A program made the position numbers and the translations under genes. This document shows, in pieces, positions 1 through 9,375 of a DNA stretch of 64,000 bases; within the stretch, counting starts at the first letter, position 1; the number at the start of each line of letters is the position of its first letter. The notes beneath the pieces are model-generated. The model did not search any database and had not been told where the DNA came from. It worked only from the letters and a program-made list of their open reading frames with translations. Source of the DNA: an uncultured Adlercreutzia sp. (lineage in GTDB: Bacteria; Actinomycetota; Coriobacteriia; Coriobacteriales; Eggerthellaceae); the NCBI RefSeq assembly GCF_951801035.1, contig NZ_CATOKT010000002.1, one strand, 5' to 3'.

Positions 1-1
1 A

Positions 2-715
2 TTGGTGCTGGGCCTTATCGCGTTCATTAGCTCGGTCGTGCCTTTGCTCAATCTGCTGTCGTTTCCGTTTGTGCTGCTGGCCATTATCTTTGGAGCCATC
101 GGGGTATTTCAGACCGTCAAGGGCACCAAGGGCGGAAAAGGCATCGCCATCTCTGGATTGGTGCTGGGTGTCCTGGCGCTGCTGGTAACCGTGGCTATGT
201 ACGGCGGGGCCGCTGCCAGTGCGGATAACGCCTCCTCGTCCGCGTCGAGCTCTTCGACGACGACCGAGCAGACGGCGGCTTCCAGCGATGCGGCGAGCAC
301 TGGGGCGTCCTCGGACGAGGCCTCTCAAAGCGCTGCGGCCGAGGCCGCTGCCGAGCAGCAGGCCGATGCCCCCTACGTGGTGACGATCGACGGCGCCGAA
401 ATGGGCACCGACTATCAGGGCGAAAAGGCTGCCATCATCACCTACACCTTCACCAACAACTCTGACGATGCGTGTAATTTCATGACGACCATCGGCGCCA
501 AGGCCTTCCAGGACGGCGTGCAGCTGGAGGGTGCCATCGGTGTGGACGGCGTGGACAGCCAGGATCTGATGAAGGATATCAAGCCTGGCAAGTCCATCAC
601 GGTCAAGGAAGCCTATGTCCTGGCTGACACGAAGAACGACGTCGAGGTTGAAGTGACCGAGCTGTGGGACTTCAGCAACGAGCTGATCGCCCAGCAGACG
701 TTCCAGATGAACTAG
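2..715 (+). CDS. membrane-anchored protein: DUF4190-like double-TM N-terminus, Ser/Ala-rich linker, DUF5067-like extracytoplasmic domain (N-terminus may extend past window edge)
   Basis: ORF open from window edge. Two hydrophobic segments (LGLIAFISSVVPLLNLLSFPFVLLAIIFGAIGVF; GIAISGLVLGVLALLVTVAMYGG), a low-complexity SSSASSSSTTTEQTAASSDAAS linker, then a globular YVVTIDGAEMGTDYQGEKAAIITYTFTNNSDD domain. Family names recalled, not searched. Confidence 0.55.
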   Translation: MVLGLIAFISSVVPLLNLLSFPFVLLAIIFGAIGVFQTVKGTKGGKGIAISGLVLGVLALLVTVAMYGGAAASADNASSSASSSSTTTEQTAASSDAASTGASSDEASQSAAAEAAAEQQADAPYVVTIDGAEMGTDYQGEKAAIITYTFTNNSDDACNFMTTIGAKAFQDGVQLEGAIGVDGVDSQDLMKDIKPGKSITVKEAYVLADTKNDVEVEVTELWDFSNELIAQQTFQMN

Positions 716-797
716 GCGCTTCGCCTTTACAACAAGCGAGTTTTGCGTATGCCGCGTGCTTCGGTGCGCGGCATACCGTTAGAATAAGAAGGTATCA

Positions 798-1247
798 ATG
801 GCACGAAGGAGGAGGAAGAAGCGCGTGGAGGAGCCGCTGACAGAGGACATGCTGGCCGAGCTGCTCGATGCGCCGGACTTGCGCAGCTTCATCGACCGTC
901 CCGAGGTGGGCAAGCGCACGGTGGCCGAGTACCTGACGTTTCTGCTGGATGCCAAGGGGCTCAAGCGGTCGGAAGTAGTGCGCGACGCGGGCATCAATTC
1001 CACCTACGGCTATCAGATATTCAAAGGTCAGCGTCCCAATGTGAGCCGCGACAATTTGCTGAAGCTCGCCTTTGCCATGGGCCTTTCGCGCGTCGAGGCC
1101 AATCGGCTGCTGAGGGCCGGCGGCGCAAGCGAGCTCTACGCCAAGAACCGCCGCGATGCCATTATCACGTTCGCTCTGAACAACGGCTACTCGCTGCAGC
1201 GGGCCGATGAGGAGCTTTACCGCTTCCATGAGGACACGATTGGCTAA
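798..1247 (+). CDS. helix-turn-helix (XRE-like) DNA-binding protein
   Basis: 149-aa ORF. HTH-like core TVAEYLTFLLDAKGLKRSEVVRDAGINSTYGYQIFKG. 3' end overlaps the long version of the downstream kinase ORF. Confidence 0.65.
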   Translation: MARRRRKKRVEEPLTEDMLAELLDAPDLRSFIDRPEVGKRTVAEYLTFLLDAKGLKRSEVVRDAGINSTYGYQIFKGQRPNVSRDNLLKLAFAMGLSRVEANRLLRAGGASELYAKNRRDAIITFALNNGYSLQRADEELYRFHEDTIG

Positions 1248-1344
1248 ACCGTCCAGGGGTGCCTCGGCGAGGGAGGCTGACAGCGAGAGTTCCTACCGCG
1301 CCGCCGACCTAGCCTGGTGTTCCGTGGAGCGCGCATTTGGTACC

Positions 1345-2781
1345 ATGCGTTCCATGGAAAACGACGAACTTGCCTCATATCTCAACGTGCTGGCCCGCGA
1401 CGAGTGCTGCCGGGTCGATTGCGTGCTGAAGACCTCGGATTACGAGGTCACCGAGCTGGTGAGCTTCCCTCTGGAAAACGGCGCTACCCTCGGCCCCTTT
1501 GTGCGCAAGCGTATTCGCATGGGGGCGCATATGGGCGCGGCCTACCGAGAGCTTTTCGCGGCGCAGCGCAGCGGGCGGCGCTTTCGCCATTTGCCCGTCA
1601 TCAACGATGTGCACGAGCGCGATGACGAGCTCATTGTCATTATGGAGCACGTGCGCGGGCGCACGTTGCACGACGAGGTATACGAGCGCGACCCCTCGCT
1701 TGCCTTGGCGTGCGAGTTGTTTCCTCCTTTATGCGACGGTGTCATCGAGCTGCACGAAGATTTCGGCGCGCCGCTCATTCATCGCGATTTAAAGCCGACG
1801 AACGTGATTGTCAACGGCTCCAGTCTCACCATTATCGATTTCGGCATCACGCGGCCCTTCCGTGCCGAGGCCGTGGCCGATACGGCGCCGTTTGCCACGC
1901 GCGCCTATGCGCCGCCCGAGCAGTTCGGCTACGGCCAGACCGACGTGCGCAGTGACGTGTACGCCTTGGGCATGGTGCTGTACTTCCTGCTTACCGAGCG
2001 CAATCCCACGGCGGAAGTGGCCCGACGGGGGTTCGACGATCCCGAAGTGCCGCCGGCCCTGCGGCCTGTTCTGGCGCGGGCCACCGCCTTCGACCCTCAG
2101 GGCCGCTACCAGTCGGTGCGGGCGCTGAAGGGCGCCTTTACCGAGGCCGTAGCGGCTTCGGTAGCTCAGGGAGCGCCTGTGCCTCAGGGGGCGCCCGCGC
2201 CGGCGGGAATGCCCGTGGCCGCGCCGTTTTCGCCAGAGGCTGCCGCTGCGGGTATGGCATCCGCGCCGGCAACCGGTGTGGCGCCCGGGGCGCCGACGAT
2301 GCCGGCGATGGCGCCGGGGGTGGGAGCGCCGCGCCCCGCAACTTCTTCTTTCGGAACCGGGGTCCCTCCCGTCGCACCTGTAGCGGCGACCGCCGCTGGA
2401 GCGGTGACGGCGCCCCCGCTTGTGCCGGCGTCGGCAAAGCCACCGCTGAAGGTCAGCGAAGTGCTCGGGGCCGTGTGGGATGGCGTGCTGCTGCTCGTGT
2501 GGCTCATGGTGGTGGGCGTGTGCCTGATGCTTCCCTTCAATCCCACGCCAGACTTGCAGAAGTACCCGTTCATCGTCTGTCTGCTCATGTATGTGGGCAT
2601 GGCGATAACCATGACCGGCATGGTCTACGGCGTCATGGACAAGCGTATTTTGCGCCGCTTCATCCCCTTTATGCGCACGCAGACGTTTGGGAAGGGGCTT
2701 ATCGTGGGCACGGCGCTGTTTCTCGGGGGTTTTGTCATCATGGTAGCCGTGATCGGCGGCTATACCATCGGCACGCTTTAG
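1345..2781 (+). CDS. Ser/Thr protein kinase with Pro/Ala-rich linker and C-terminal multi-TM region
   Basis: Hanks motifs HRDLKPTNVIV, DFGITRP, APPEQF. C-terminal hydrophobic segments LLLVWLMVVGVCLMLPF, FIVCLLMYVGMAITMTGMVYGV, GLIVGTALFLGGFVIMVAVIGG. Start taken at Met47 of track ORF 1207..2781; 1207 is also possible. Confidence 0.85.
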   Translation: MRSMENDELASYLNVLARDECCRVDCVLKTSDYEVTELVSFPLENGATLGPFVRKRIRMGAHMGAAYRELFAAQRSGRRFRHLPVINDVHERDDELIVIMEHVRGRTLHDEVYERDPSLALACELFPPLCDGVIELHEDFGAPLIHRDLKPTNVIVNGSSLTIIDFGITRPFRAEAVADTAPFATRAYAPPEQFGYGQTDVRSDVYALGMVLYFLLTERNPTAEVARRGFDDPEVPPALRPVLARATAFDPQGRYQSVRALKGAFTEAVAASVAQGAPVPQGAPAPAGMPVAAPFSPEAAAAGMASAPATGVAPGAPTMPAMAPGVGAPRPATSSFGTGVPPVAPVAATAAGAVTAPPLVPASAKPPLKVSEVLGAVWDGVLLLVWLMVVGVCLMLPFNPTPDLQKYPFIVCLLMYVGMAITMTGMVYGVMDKRILRRFIPFMRTQTFGKGLIVGTALFLGGFVIMVAVIGGYTIGTL

Positions 2782-3689
2782 TGCGCGGGATCCCACCTCA
2801 GCTCCCAGAAGGCCACGGCGCTGGCGGCGGCCACATTGAGCGAGTCGACTCCGTGCGCCATGGGAATGCGCACCGTGTAGTCGCAGGCGGCGATGGTGGC
2901 CGGGGCCAGTCCGTCGCCCTCGGTGCCCAGTACCAAGGCCAGGCGCTCGATGGGCTTGAGCCGCGGATCTTGCAGGGGCAGCGACTCATCGCACAGGGCC
3001 ATGGCTGCGGTGGTGAAGCCGGCGGCGCGCAATTGGGCCAGCCCTTCTTCCGCCCAGGTTCGCGTGGTGCTAATGCGCGCCCAGGGCACTTGGAACACGG
3101 TGCCCATGGACACCCGTGCAGCCCGCCGGTAGAGCGGGTCGTGGCAGGAAGGGGTCAGGAGCACCGCGTCAATGCCCAAGGCGGCGGCGCTGCGAAAAAT
3201 GGCGCCGAGATTCGTGTAGTTCGTGATGTCCTCAAGAACCGCCACGCGATGGGCATTGGCGAGAAGGTCGGCCAGAGGCGGCTCGGGCTTGCGGTGAAAG
3301 GCGGCCAAGGGCCCTCGCGTCGTTTCGTAACCGGTGATCGAGCGTACCTCGTCGGTAGAGACGACGGCCACAGGCAGTGACGGATTCGCTGCGCGCAGGG
3401 CATCGATGAGGGCCGCGGAGTTGGCGAGCCAGCGCTCGTCGGTTAGCACGGCGAAAGGCTCGTAGCCCGCATCCAGGGCGCGCTGGATAACGTTGATGGA
3501 CTCGGCGACGAAAAGGCCGCGGGCCAACGACTCGGCCGGGGCGTCAAGGGCGCGCGCCAAGCCGAGCAGCTGCTTGGGATCGCGCAGCTCGCCGTCGGTC
3601 ATGGTGGAGAAGGGGGCGAGCCAGGGGGCTGCGGCTCGGGCCGCTGAATGGTTTCGAGCGACTTGAGGGGAGGGCGTCGTGGGAGTCAT
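2778..3689 (-). CDS. TrmH/SpoU-family RNA 2'-O-methyltransferase
   Basis: C-terminal SPOUT motifs LVLGTEGDGL and IPMAHGVDSLNVAAASAVAFWE. Confidence 0.85.
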   Translation of the reverse strand: MTPTTPSPQVARNHSAARAAAPWLAPFSTMTDGELRDPKQLLGLARALDAPAESLARGLFVAESINVIQRALDAGYEPFAVLTDERWLANSAALIDALRAANPSLPVAVVSTDEVRSITGYETTRGPLAAFHRKPEPPLADLLANAHRVAVLEDITNYTNLGAIFRSAAALGIDAVLLTPSCHDPLYRRAARVSMGTVFQVPWARISTTRTWAEEGLAQLRAAGFTTAAMALCDESLPLQDPRLKPIERLALVLGTEGDGLAPATIAACDYTVRIPMAHGVDSLNVAAASAVAFWELRWDPAH

Positions 3690-3693
3690 GGAC

Positions 3694-4239
3694 TTATCCT
3701 AGGGTGGCCGAGGCGAGTGTTTCGCCGGTGTCCAGCGATTTCAGGGCAAAGGTGCCGTTCTCGTAGGTGGCGAACGAGCGTTGGCCGTCTTTGGGGAGGG
3801 ACACGGAGCCGGGATTGACGTACCACACGCCGTCCCGCTCCTCGAGGGTCTTGCAATGCGTGTGGCCGGTCAGCAGGGCGGCCGGTGCCGTGAGGGGCGG
3901 ATGGCTGTCGGGTGCGACCACGTGGCCGTGGGAGCAGAGCAAGGTAACCGGACCGTCGATGAGGCGGGCCGTTGTGTCCATGCAGGGGAAGTCGAGCAGC
4001 ATCTGGTCCACCTCGGCCTCGCAGTTGCCCCGTACGGCAATGATGGGAACTGGGGCACCGTTGAGCAAGGTTGCCACGGCTGCGGGATCGTAGCCCTCGG
4101 GCAGCGCATTGCGCGGGCCATGATAGAGAAGATCGCCCAAAAGCACCAGGTAATCGGGGTCTTCCTGGGCGACGTGCTCCATAAGGCGGTGGGCGAACTG
4201 AAGAGAGCCGTGGATATCGGAGGCGATGACGAGCTTCAT
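3694..4239 (-). CDS. YfcE/MJ0936-family metallophosphoesterase (phosphodiesterase)
   Basis: MKLVIASDIHGS, LVLLGDLLYHGPRN, IAVRGNCE, CSHGH, LTGHTH metal-binding motifs. Start at Met58 of track ORF 3694..4410. Confidence 0.85.
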   Translation of the reverse strand: MKLVIASDIHGSLQFAHRLMEHVAQEDPDYLVLLGDLLYHGPRNALPEGYDPAAVATLLNGAPVPIIAVRGNCEAEVDQMLLDFPCMDTTARLIDGPVTLLCSHGHVVAPDSHPPLTAPAALLTGHTHCKTLEERDGVWYVNPGSVSLPKDGQRSFATYENGTFALKSLDTGETLASATLG

Positions 4240-4294
4240 GGGCTTCCTTCCCCAGGGCGCGCCATGAGCGGTGCGCCGATTGATGACGGAAAGC

Positions 4295-5533
4295 CTAGTA
4301 TAGAGTAAGCCGCGAGGGGCGCCGGCGGCGGGTTGCCGTGGGGCTTCGTAAGATGTCGGCCAGGGGCGGCAAGTAGCGGGCCGGATAGATGACAGCATCT
4401 GCGCGCTCAAGACGCGAGAGGAGGGCTTGGACGGCTAGGGGCGCCCCGAAGGCCGCGACCGCGTAGACGAGCGCGAACAGCAGAGGGGCACCCGCGCCCG
4501 TGAATCCGAGCGCTTCCGAAGCGGCCTGGGCCAAGATGAGGAACAGGCCTCCCATCAAAAAGAGCGCCATGGTGAAGCGGGTGAGGGTGTCGAAGAACCG
4601 ATCTTGGTGGCCGCGGCGGAAGATGGTGGCGAAGAGCGATGCGAACCACAGGATGCCGATGGCGTCGAGCACGGCGTAGGACGCCTCGCCAATCCATCCG
4701 GCCATGAAGGTGATGACGCTGGCGGCGATCCATAGGGCCCCGAGAGCCCAGGCTTTCTCGCGGCTGCGCATGAGAGGCAGGCCGCGCAGCAGCGCCAGGG
4801 CCATACCGCCGGCAAGCCATACCCAGTTCTCCGCCACCGATACGACCGCATAGGGCAGGGCTGCCGTGGCTTGAACGGTGGCCGGTATCGACAGGGCGCC
4901 AACGATGGCGACCTTGACGAGCGCGGTGGCCAGCAGCAGCCCGTAGGCGTTGCGCCGGCTTTTCACAGTAGGCGTGATGGCGATAAGAAGAAAGGCCGTG
5001 TACAGGTAGCCGAGCGGCTCGACAGGGCTGAGCAACAGGGCCGATACCAGGTGTTGTAGGTTAAGTGCAGGTTCGTTGTGGGCGATGCTGTTGGCTGCGA
5101 GAATCAAGAAGGTGAACAGGGCAAAGGGGGCCAGCAGAACCAGGGCCTCGCGCTTGAGGTTCAGGGCCCACGCCCGTCGGCTGCGCACATTGCGGAAGCG
5201 TTGATACAGGTAGCCCAAGCAGAAGAAGAGCAGGGGAACTTGCAGGGGGATAAGGCAGTCGTGGAGCCACAGGGCCACCTCGGTGAGGGGCAGGGCGCCC
5301 GACCGATAGAGCGCTTCGAGGGTTTGCCCTAACACGATAAGGAGCACCGCGACGGCCTGAAGATTGAAAACCCAGGCGGTGTCGGTCTCGTCGGGAGCGC
5401 TGGCGTGCATCTCGTGAAGCGAGGGTCGCGGGGCGCCGCTCGGAAGGCTTTCGGCGACAGCGGCATCGCTCCCTGTGGGGGAGGGGCCGGCTGGTCGCTC
5501 AGCTGAAGATGATATGTTGAGAGTGCTCATCAT
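4295..5533 (-). CDS. polytopic membrane protein, acyltransferase-3-like
   Basis: About 10 hydrophobic segments. LLFFCLGYLY resembles the acyltransferase_3 FFxxSG motif. Weak assignment. Confidence 0.5.
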   Translation of the reverse strand: MMSTLNISSSAERPAGPSPTGSDAAVAESLPSGAPRPSLHEMHASAPDETDTAWVFNLQAVAVLLIVLGQTLEALYRSGALPLTEVALWLHDCLIPLQVPLLFFCLGYLYQRFRNVRSRRAWALNLKREALVLLAPFALFTFLILAANSIAHNEPALNLQHLVSALLLSPVEPLGYLYTAFLLIAITPTVKSRRNAYGLLLATALVKVAIVGALSIPATVQATAALPYAVVSVAENWVWLAGGMALALLRGLPLMRSREKAWALGALWIAASVITFMAGWIGEASYAVLDAIGILWFASLFATIFRRGHQDRFFDTLTRFTMALFLMGGLFLILAQAASEALGFTGAGAPLLFALVYAVAAFGAPLAVQALLSRLERADAVIYPARYLPPLADILRSPTATRRRRPSRLTLY

Positions 5534-5615
5534 TATTTCCTCGTCCTCACGCTATCACGGGCTCCGAGGCAATCGATGACCGAATTGCATTGTTTTCCCA
5601 ACCATTACCTTCTGG

Positions 5616-6218
5616 TCAGCGCGAGGTGGGTTTTTGGCGCCGGTCCGAGGGGCGGCGGCCGGCGGAAGGCGAGGCGTTTTCGGCGGCGTCGGTCGTGCCA
5701 TCCAAAATGAGATGCTCGAAATCGCGTCGGCGGGCAGCGTGGGCTTTGTGAAAGATATTCGAGGCATGGAATTGCACGGTACGCGGGGTGATGTCGCAAA
5801 GGCGCGCGATGTCGCCGTAGCTTCGATGCTGCAAGATCAGACGGGCGACGGTGAGCTCCTTCGCCGTCAGGTGAAGCGCGCGCAGACGACGCTCAACCGG
5901 GTCTTCGCGCTCGGCGGCCTCAGCGTTTGCAGCGGGAGCCTCCTTGCGAATAAGGCACAGGATGCCGAAGCCCATAAAGGCCAGAGCGCCCGCGAGGGTG
6001 CTGACCGACAGGGCGGCGGCGGACATTTCGAGGGGCGCCGGCCAGTCCATGGCCATGAAGCAGGCGCCCACGATCATGAAAAGGGCGAATGCGAAGCACG
6101 CCACGGCGGCGCCGCGGGCTACCGAGGAAGGCGACGGTCGCCGCCGGGGCTTGCTGGGCGCGGGGCGCGGATCGGCGCGATGGGGGTGCGATTCTGCAGT
6201 GGCGGGCGGCTTTCTCAT
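5616..6218 (-). CDS. small membrane-anchored LuxR-family transcriptional regulator
   Basis: C-terminal LuxR HTH LTAKELTVARLILQHRSYGDIARLCDITPRTVQFHASNIFHK. Two TM segments (AAVACFAFALFMIVGACFMAM; LSVSTLAGALAFMGFGILCLI). Start at Met50 of the track ORF. Confidence 0.75.
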   Translation of the reverse strand: MRKPPATAESHPHRADPRPAPSKPRRRPSPSSVARGAAVACFAFALFMIVGACFMAMDWPAPLEMSAAALSVSTLAGALAFMGFGILCLIRKEAPAANAEAAEREDPVERRLRALHLTAKELTVARLILQHRSYGDIARLCDITPRTVQFHASNIFHKAHAARRRDFEHLILDGTTDAAENASPSAGRRPSDRRQKPTSR

Positions 6219-6508
6219 GAGATGCTCCCTTGCGACGGGAAGGACGGGGCCTTCGTCCAGCGATGGGCGCCTGCTGAGGTGCGGCATCGATGTCGTCACC
6301 GCCGTCTTTCCGGGTGCGATCGAGCGGTGATGCTTTGATTGTAGGGGCAGTGCGCAGGAACCCATGTCGCTATAACCGAACTACCCGCTGAAAATATTGC
6401 GAGCCATGGACTTTCGCGGAAGATAGGGGACGGGAGAACGGGTCGTGATACGATGCTCAGGCTGCATGGTTGAGGCGTGCGGCTCCAATGGTCCCTGGTA
6501 AGTGAGGT

Positions 6509-7480
6509 GTGTGCACAGGCATGGATATGCTCATCGAGGCGCTCAAGGCGTTTTTCATCGGCGTAGTGGAGGGCATTACCGAATGGCTGCCCATTTCGTC
6601 CACGGGCCACATGATTCTGGTCGACGAGTTCGTGAAGCTGAGCGTGTCGGCGGAGTTTCTCGAGCTGTTCCTTGTCGTCATTCAGCTAGGCGCCATCATG
6701 GCCGTGCTCATTTTGTACTTCCATAAGCTCAACCCCTTTTCACCGCGCAAGACGAGCGGTCAGAAGCGCGAGACCTGGCGCTTGTGGGGCATGGTGGTCA
6801 TCGGCTGCATTCCGGCGGCGGCTATTGGCCTGACGTTGGACGACTTCTTCAACGAGTATTTCTACAACGCCTGGACGGTGGCTATTGCGCTGATTGTCTA
6901 CGGCGTGGTGTTCATCGTGCTCGAACAGCGCAATCGCCGTCGCGAGGCGGTGTATTTGGAGAGCCATCGGGCCGGCGCGCGCTCGGTGCGCGGGCGCCAC
7001 GCACGCCCCGTGTACGAGGTGGGCCCGGGCGATGATGGCGACGATGCCGAGCAGGTCCTCTTCAAGGTGCACACGGTGGATGAGATCGACTGGAAGACCG
7101 CTCTCAAGATCGGCTGCTTCCAAATGCTGGCCATCATTCCCGGCACGAGCCGCTCGGGCTCTACCATTATCGGCGGCATGCTGTGCGGCTGCTCGCGCAC
7201 AGCGGCGGCTGAGTTCACGTTCTTCCTGGCCATTCCCGTTATGTTCGGCTGGGGCGTGCTGAAACTCATCAAGTACGTACTGGCGGTGGGCATGGCCATG
7301 ACGGCTACCGAGATTGTGGTGCTGGTCGTGGGCATTGTGACGGCTTTCGTGGTGTCGGTCATTGCCATCAAGTTCCTTATGGGCTACATCAAGAAGAACG
7401 ACTTCACCGCTTTCGGCGTGTACCGCATTATCGTGGGCCTGGTGGTTCTGGCCTACTTTGGCGTCAAGCTGTTCTTCTAA
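6509..7480 (+). CDS. uppP: undecaprenyl-diphosphate phosphatase
   Basis: BacA/UppP signatures [17 protein letters not shown] and [13 protein letters not shown]. Polytopic. Confidence 0.9.
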   Translation: MCTGMDMLIEALKAFFIGVVEGITEWLPISSTGHMILVDEFVKLSVSAEFLELFLVVIQLGAIMAVLILYFHKLNPFSPRKTSGQKRETWRLWGMVVIGCIPAAAIGLTLDDFFNEYFYNAWTVAIALIVYGVVFIVLEQRNRRREAVYLESHRAGARSVRGRHARPVYEVGPGDDGDDAEQVLFKVHTVDEIDWKTALKIGCFQMLAIIPGTSRSGSTIIGGMLCGCSRTAAAEFTFFLAIPVMFGWGVLKLIKYVLAVGMAMTATEIVVLVVGIVTAFVVSVIAIKFLMGYIKKNDFTAFGVYRIIVGLVVLAYFGVKLFF

Positions 7481-7769
7481 AGGCGGAGGTCCGAGGTACT
7501 GGAGCGCTCATGGGTTTTGAGCGTCGTGCATAGAACGAAGGAAGGTACTGGATTCGGTTCGCTTTTTGCGTTTAGTTAACACTCGGAGCGCCTTTGGGGC
7601 TACCTTCAAGCACTCTGCCTTTGCTTGATAAGCGTTTTCCCAGGTTGCGGATAACCGTTAGTGTTTCCTTGACCGCTCTTCCCGTGGCACACGCTAACAG
7701 AACGCAAGAAACTGTGCGCAAAACCCCGGCGGGCTCTTACGGGAAGTTTCGCCGTTGGGTTTGTTGACT

Positions 7770-7787
7770 AATTGTCTTATGATAATC
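7770..7787 (+). promoter_or_regulatory. 18-nt motif AATTGTCTTATGATAATC upstream of the NrfD-like gene (shared with 10445..10462)
   Basis: 17/18 identical to the site upstream of the Mo-oxidoreductase gene. Lies 91 nt before the 7878 ATG and contains a TATGATAAT -10-like core. Confidence 0.5.
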
Positions 7788-7877
7788 TGCTCTTATTGAG
7801 GAAATTGCTGCGTAAAGCGTGGAGCATGAAGCGTGCGCACGAAATGCGGAATGCGAGCTAGGGCGCGAGGGGAGCAG

Positions 7878-8888
7878 ATGTTCAGCGAGCTGATCATAGC
7901 CTACCTGTTTTTGGGCGGCTGCGGGGGAGGTGCCTGCATCGTAATAGGCGCGCTCGGCCTGCTTGCCGACGGCCTCGATGTGCGAAGGGGCATAGCGGCC
8001 CGTTTCTGCGACGAGCGCGGAAGGAAGTACCGTCAGTTTTTCTCGGTGCTGCTGGTGGCGGCCGCTGTGGCGCTGGTGCTGGCGATTGCCTGCCTGCTGG
8101 CTGATCTTGGGCGCCTTGATCGACTGGCGCTTCTCGTCCTGGCCCCCTTGGAGAACTATCTTGTCGTGGGTGCCTGGGCGCTGGTGGCCGACCTCGGGCT
8201 GTGTGCGGCACACCTGGCGTTTTGGCAGGGGCGATGGCGTCTTTCGCTGTTGGCCTTTCGCCTAGTGTCCGGGGCGCTGGCGTTGGCCGGCGTGGTGACG
8301 ACGCTGTACACGGGCCTGCTGCTGTCCTCGATGCAGGCTGTGCCTCTGTGGCATAGCGGTTGGCTTCCTGCGCTGTTTGTGCTGTCGAGCGTGTCGAGTG
8401 GACTGGCCTTGGTGCTGCTGGTGGGGGCATTCTCCCGCAGCGGGGCGGCTTTCGGCTCGGTGTTGGGAGTGCTCACGCGCCTCGATGCTCTCGTGATAAT
8501 TGCGGAGGGAGCCTGCGTGGGGCTCTGGCTGTTCTCGGTGTGGACGGCGGCGGGAGCCGGCGAGCTGCTGGAAGCGCCTCTCACCTCGACGGCAGCGGCT
8601 GCTCTCCGTTCGGTTACCGCCCTGGTGAGCGGGGAGGCGGCGCCGTGGTTTTGGGGCGGCCTGGTGCTCGTGGGCCTGCTCGTGCCCTTCGGGATCGAGG
8701 GGATCGCCCTCGGCTTGCGCGTGACGCCCGATCGGGTGGGCTCGTTGCTGCGGAGTGGCTCCCTGGCGCTGAAGGCCTCAATGACGTTTTCCGTCGCTTG
8801 CGTTTTGGCGGGAGCGGTTCTTCTGCGTTTTCTGGTGGTATCGTGCGGGTTGCCGCCCTCGGCAACCTATGCGGCGCTGATCTTGTAG
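7878..8888 (+). CDS. NrfD/PsrC-like polytopic membrane anchor subunit of a molybdopterin oxidoreductase
   Basis: N-terminal IIAYLFLGGCGGGACIV (NrfD-family YLFLGGxxxG motif) and about 8 TM segments. Start at Met16 of track ORF 7833. Confidence 0.7.
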   Translation: MFSELIIAYLFLGGCGGGACIVIGALGLLADGLDVRRGIAARFCDERGRKYRQFFSVLLVAAAVALVLAIACLLADLGRLDRLALLVLAPLENYLVVGAWALVADLGLCAAHLAFWQGRWRLSLLAFRLVSGALALAGVVTTLYTGLLLSSMQAVPLWHSGWLPALFVLSSVSSGLALVLLVGAFSRSGAAFGSVLGVLTRLDALVIIAEGACVGLWLFSVWTAAGAGELLEAPLTSTAAAALRSVTALVSGEAAPWFWGGLVLVGLLVPFGIEGIALGLRVTPDRVGSLLRSGSLALKASMTFSVACVLAGAVLLRFLVVSCGLPPSATYAALIL

Positions 8889-8909
8889 GACTCAACGGAA
8901 AGGCCGACT

Positions 8910-9374
8910 ATGTTTCCCTTCGAAATCGATGAATCGAGTGATCTGCCCCTGTGGGTTCAGCTGCGTCAGCGCATTGCCTACCTTATCAACGACGGCTACT
9001 TCAAGCCCGGGGATAAGCTGCCCACCGTGCGCGGCCTGGCATCGGAGATTTCCATCAATTACAACACGGTGAACAAGGCCTATCTCAGTCTGGTGTCCGA
9101 TGGCTATTTGGAGTCGACGCGCGGACGCGGGGTGTTCGTGACCGACACAGCAGCTTCAGTGGCCGAGGAGAAGGAGGACGAAGTGGATGCCGTGCTCAAC
9201 GAGTGCATTGCCTCCTGTCGCGAACTGGGCTTGGGCTACGACGACATTCAGCGGGCGCTCTCGCGCAAAATCAAGCGGCTGAAGTACGAAGAGGCGCGGG
9301 GGCGCGGCGAAGTGAACGGGCGCATCATCGACTTCGAGCCGGTTGACGCTTCGGCTGGGGAAAAGGGGGCCTAG
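8910..9374 (+). CDS. GntR-family (YhcF-like) transcriptional regulator
   Basis: wHTH GDKLPTVRGLASEISINYNTVNKAYLSLVSDGYLESTRGRGVFV. Confidence 0.85.
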   Translation: MFPFEIDESSDLPLWVQLRQRIAYLINDGYFKPGDKLPTVRGLASEISINYNTVNKAYLSLVSDGYLESTRGRGVFVTDTAASVAEEKEDEVDAVLNECIASCRELGLGYDDIQRALSRKIKRLKYEEARGRGEVNGRIIDFEPVDASAGEKGA

Positions 9375-9375
9375 G

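Noticed and set aside
1789-2796. Long antisense or shadow ORFs with Arg/Gly/His/Pro-rich products. This one, plus for example 10631-11848, 11879-13318, 19188-20327, 21231-22256, 28005-29627, 41938-43347 and 51955-53601.
   Set aside because: Each lies opposite or out of frame to a gene with clear family motifs. The low-complexity composition is typical of non-coding frames in high-GC DNA, and no motifs were recognised.
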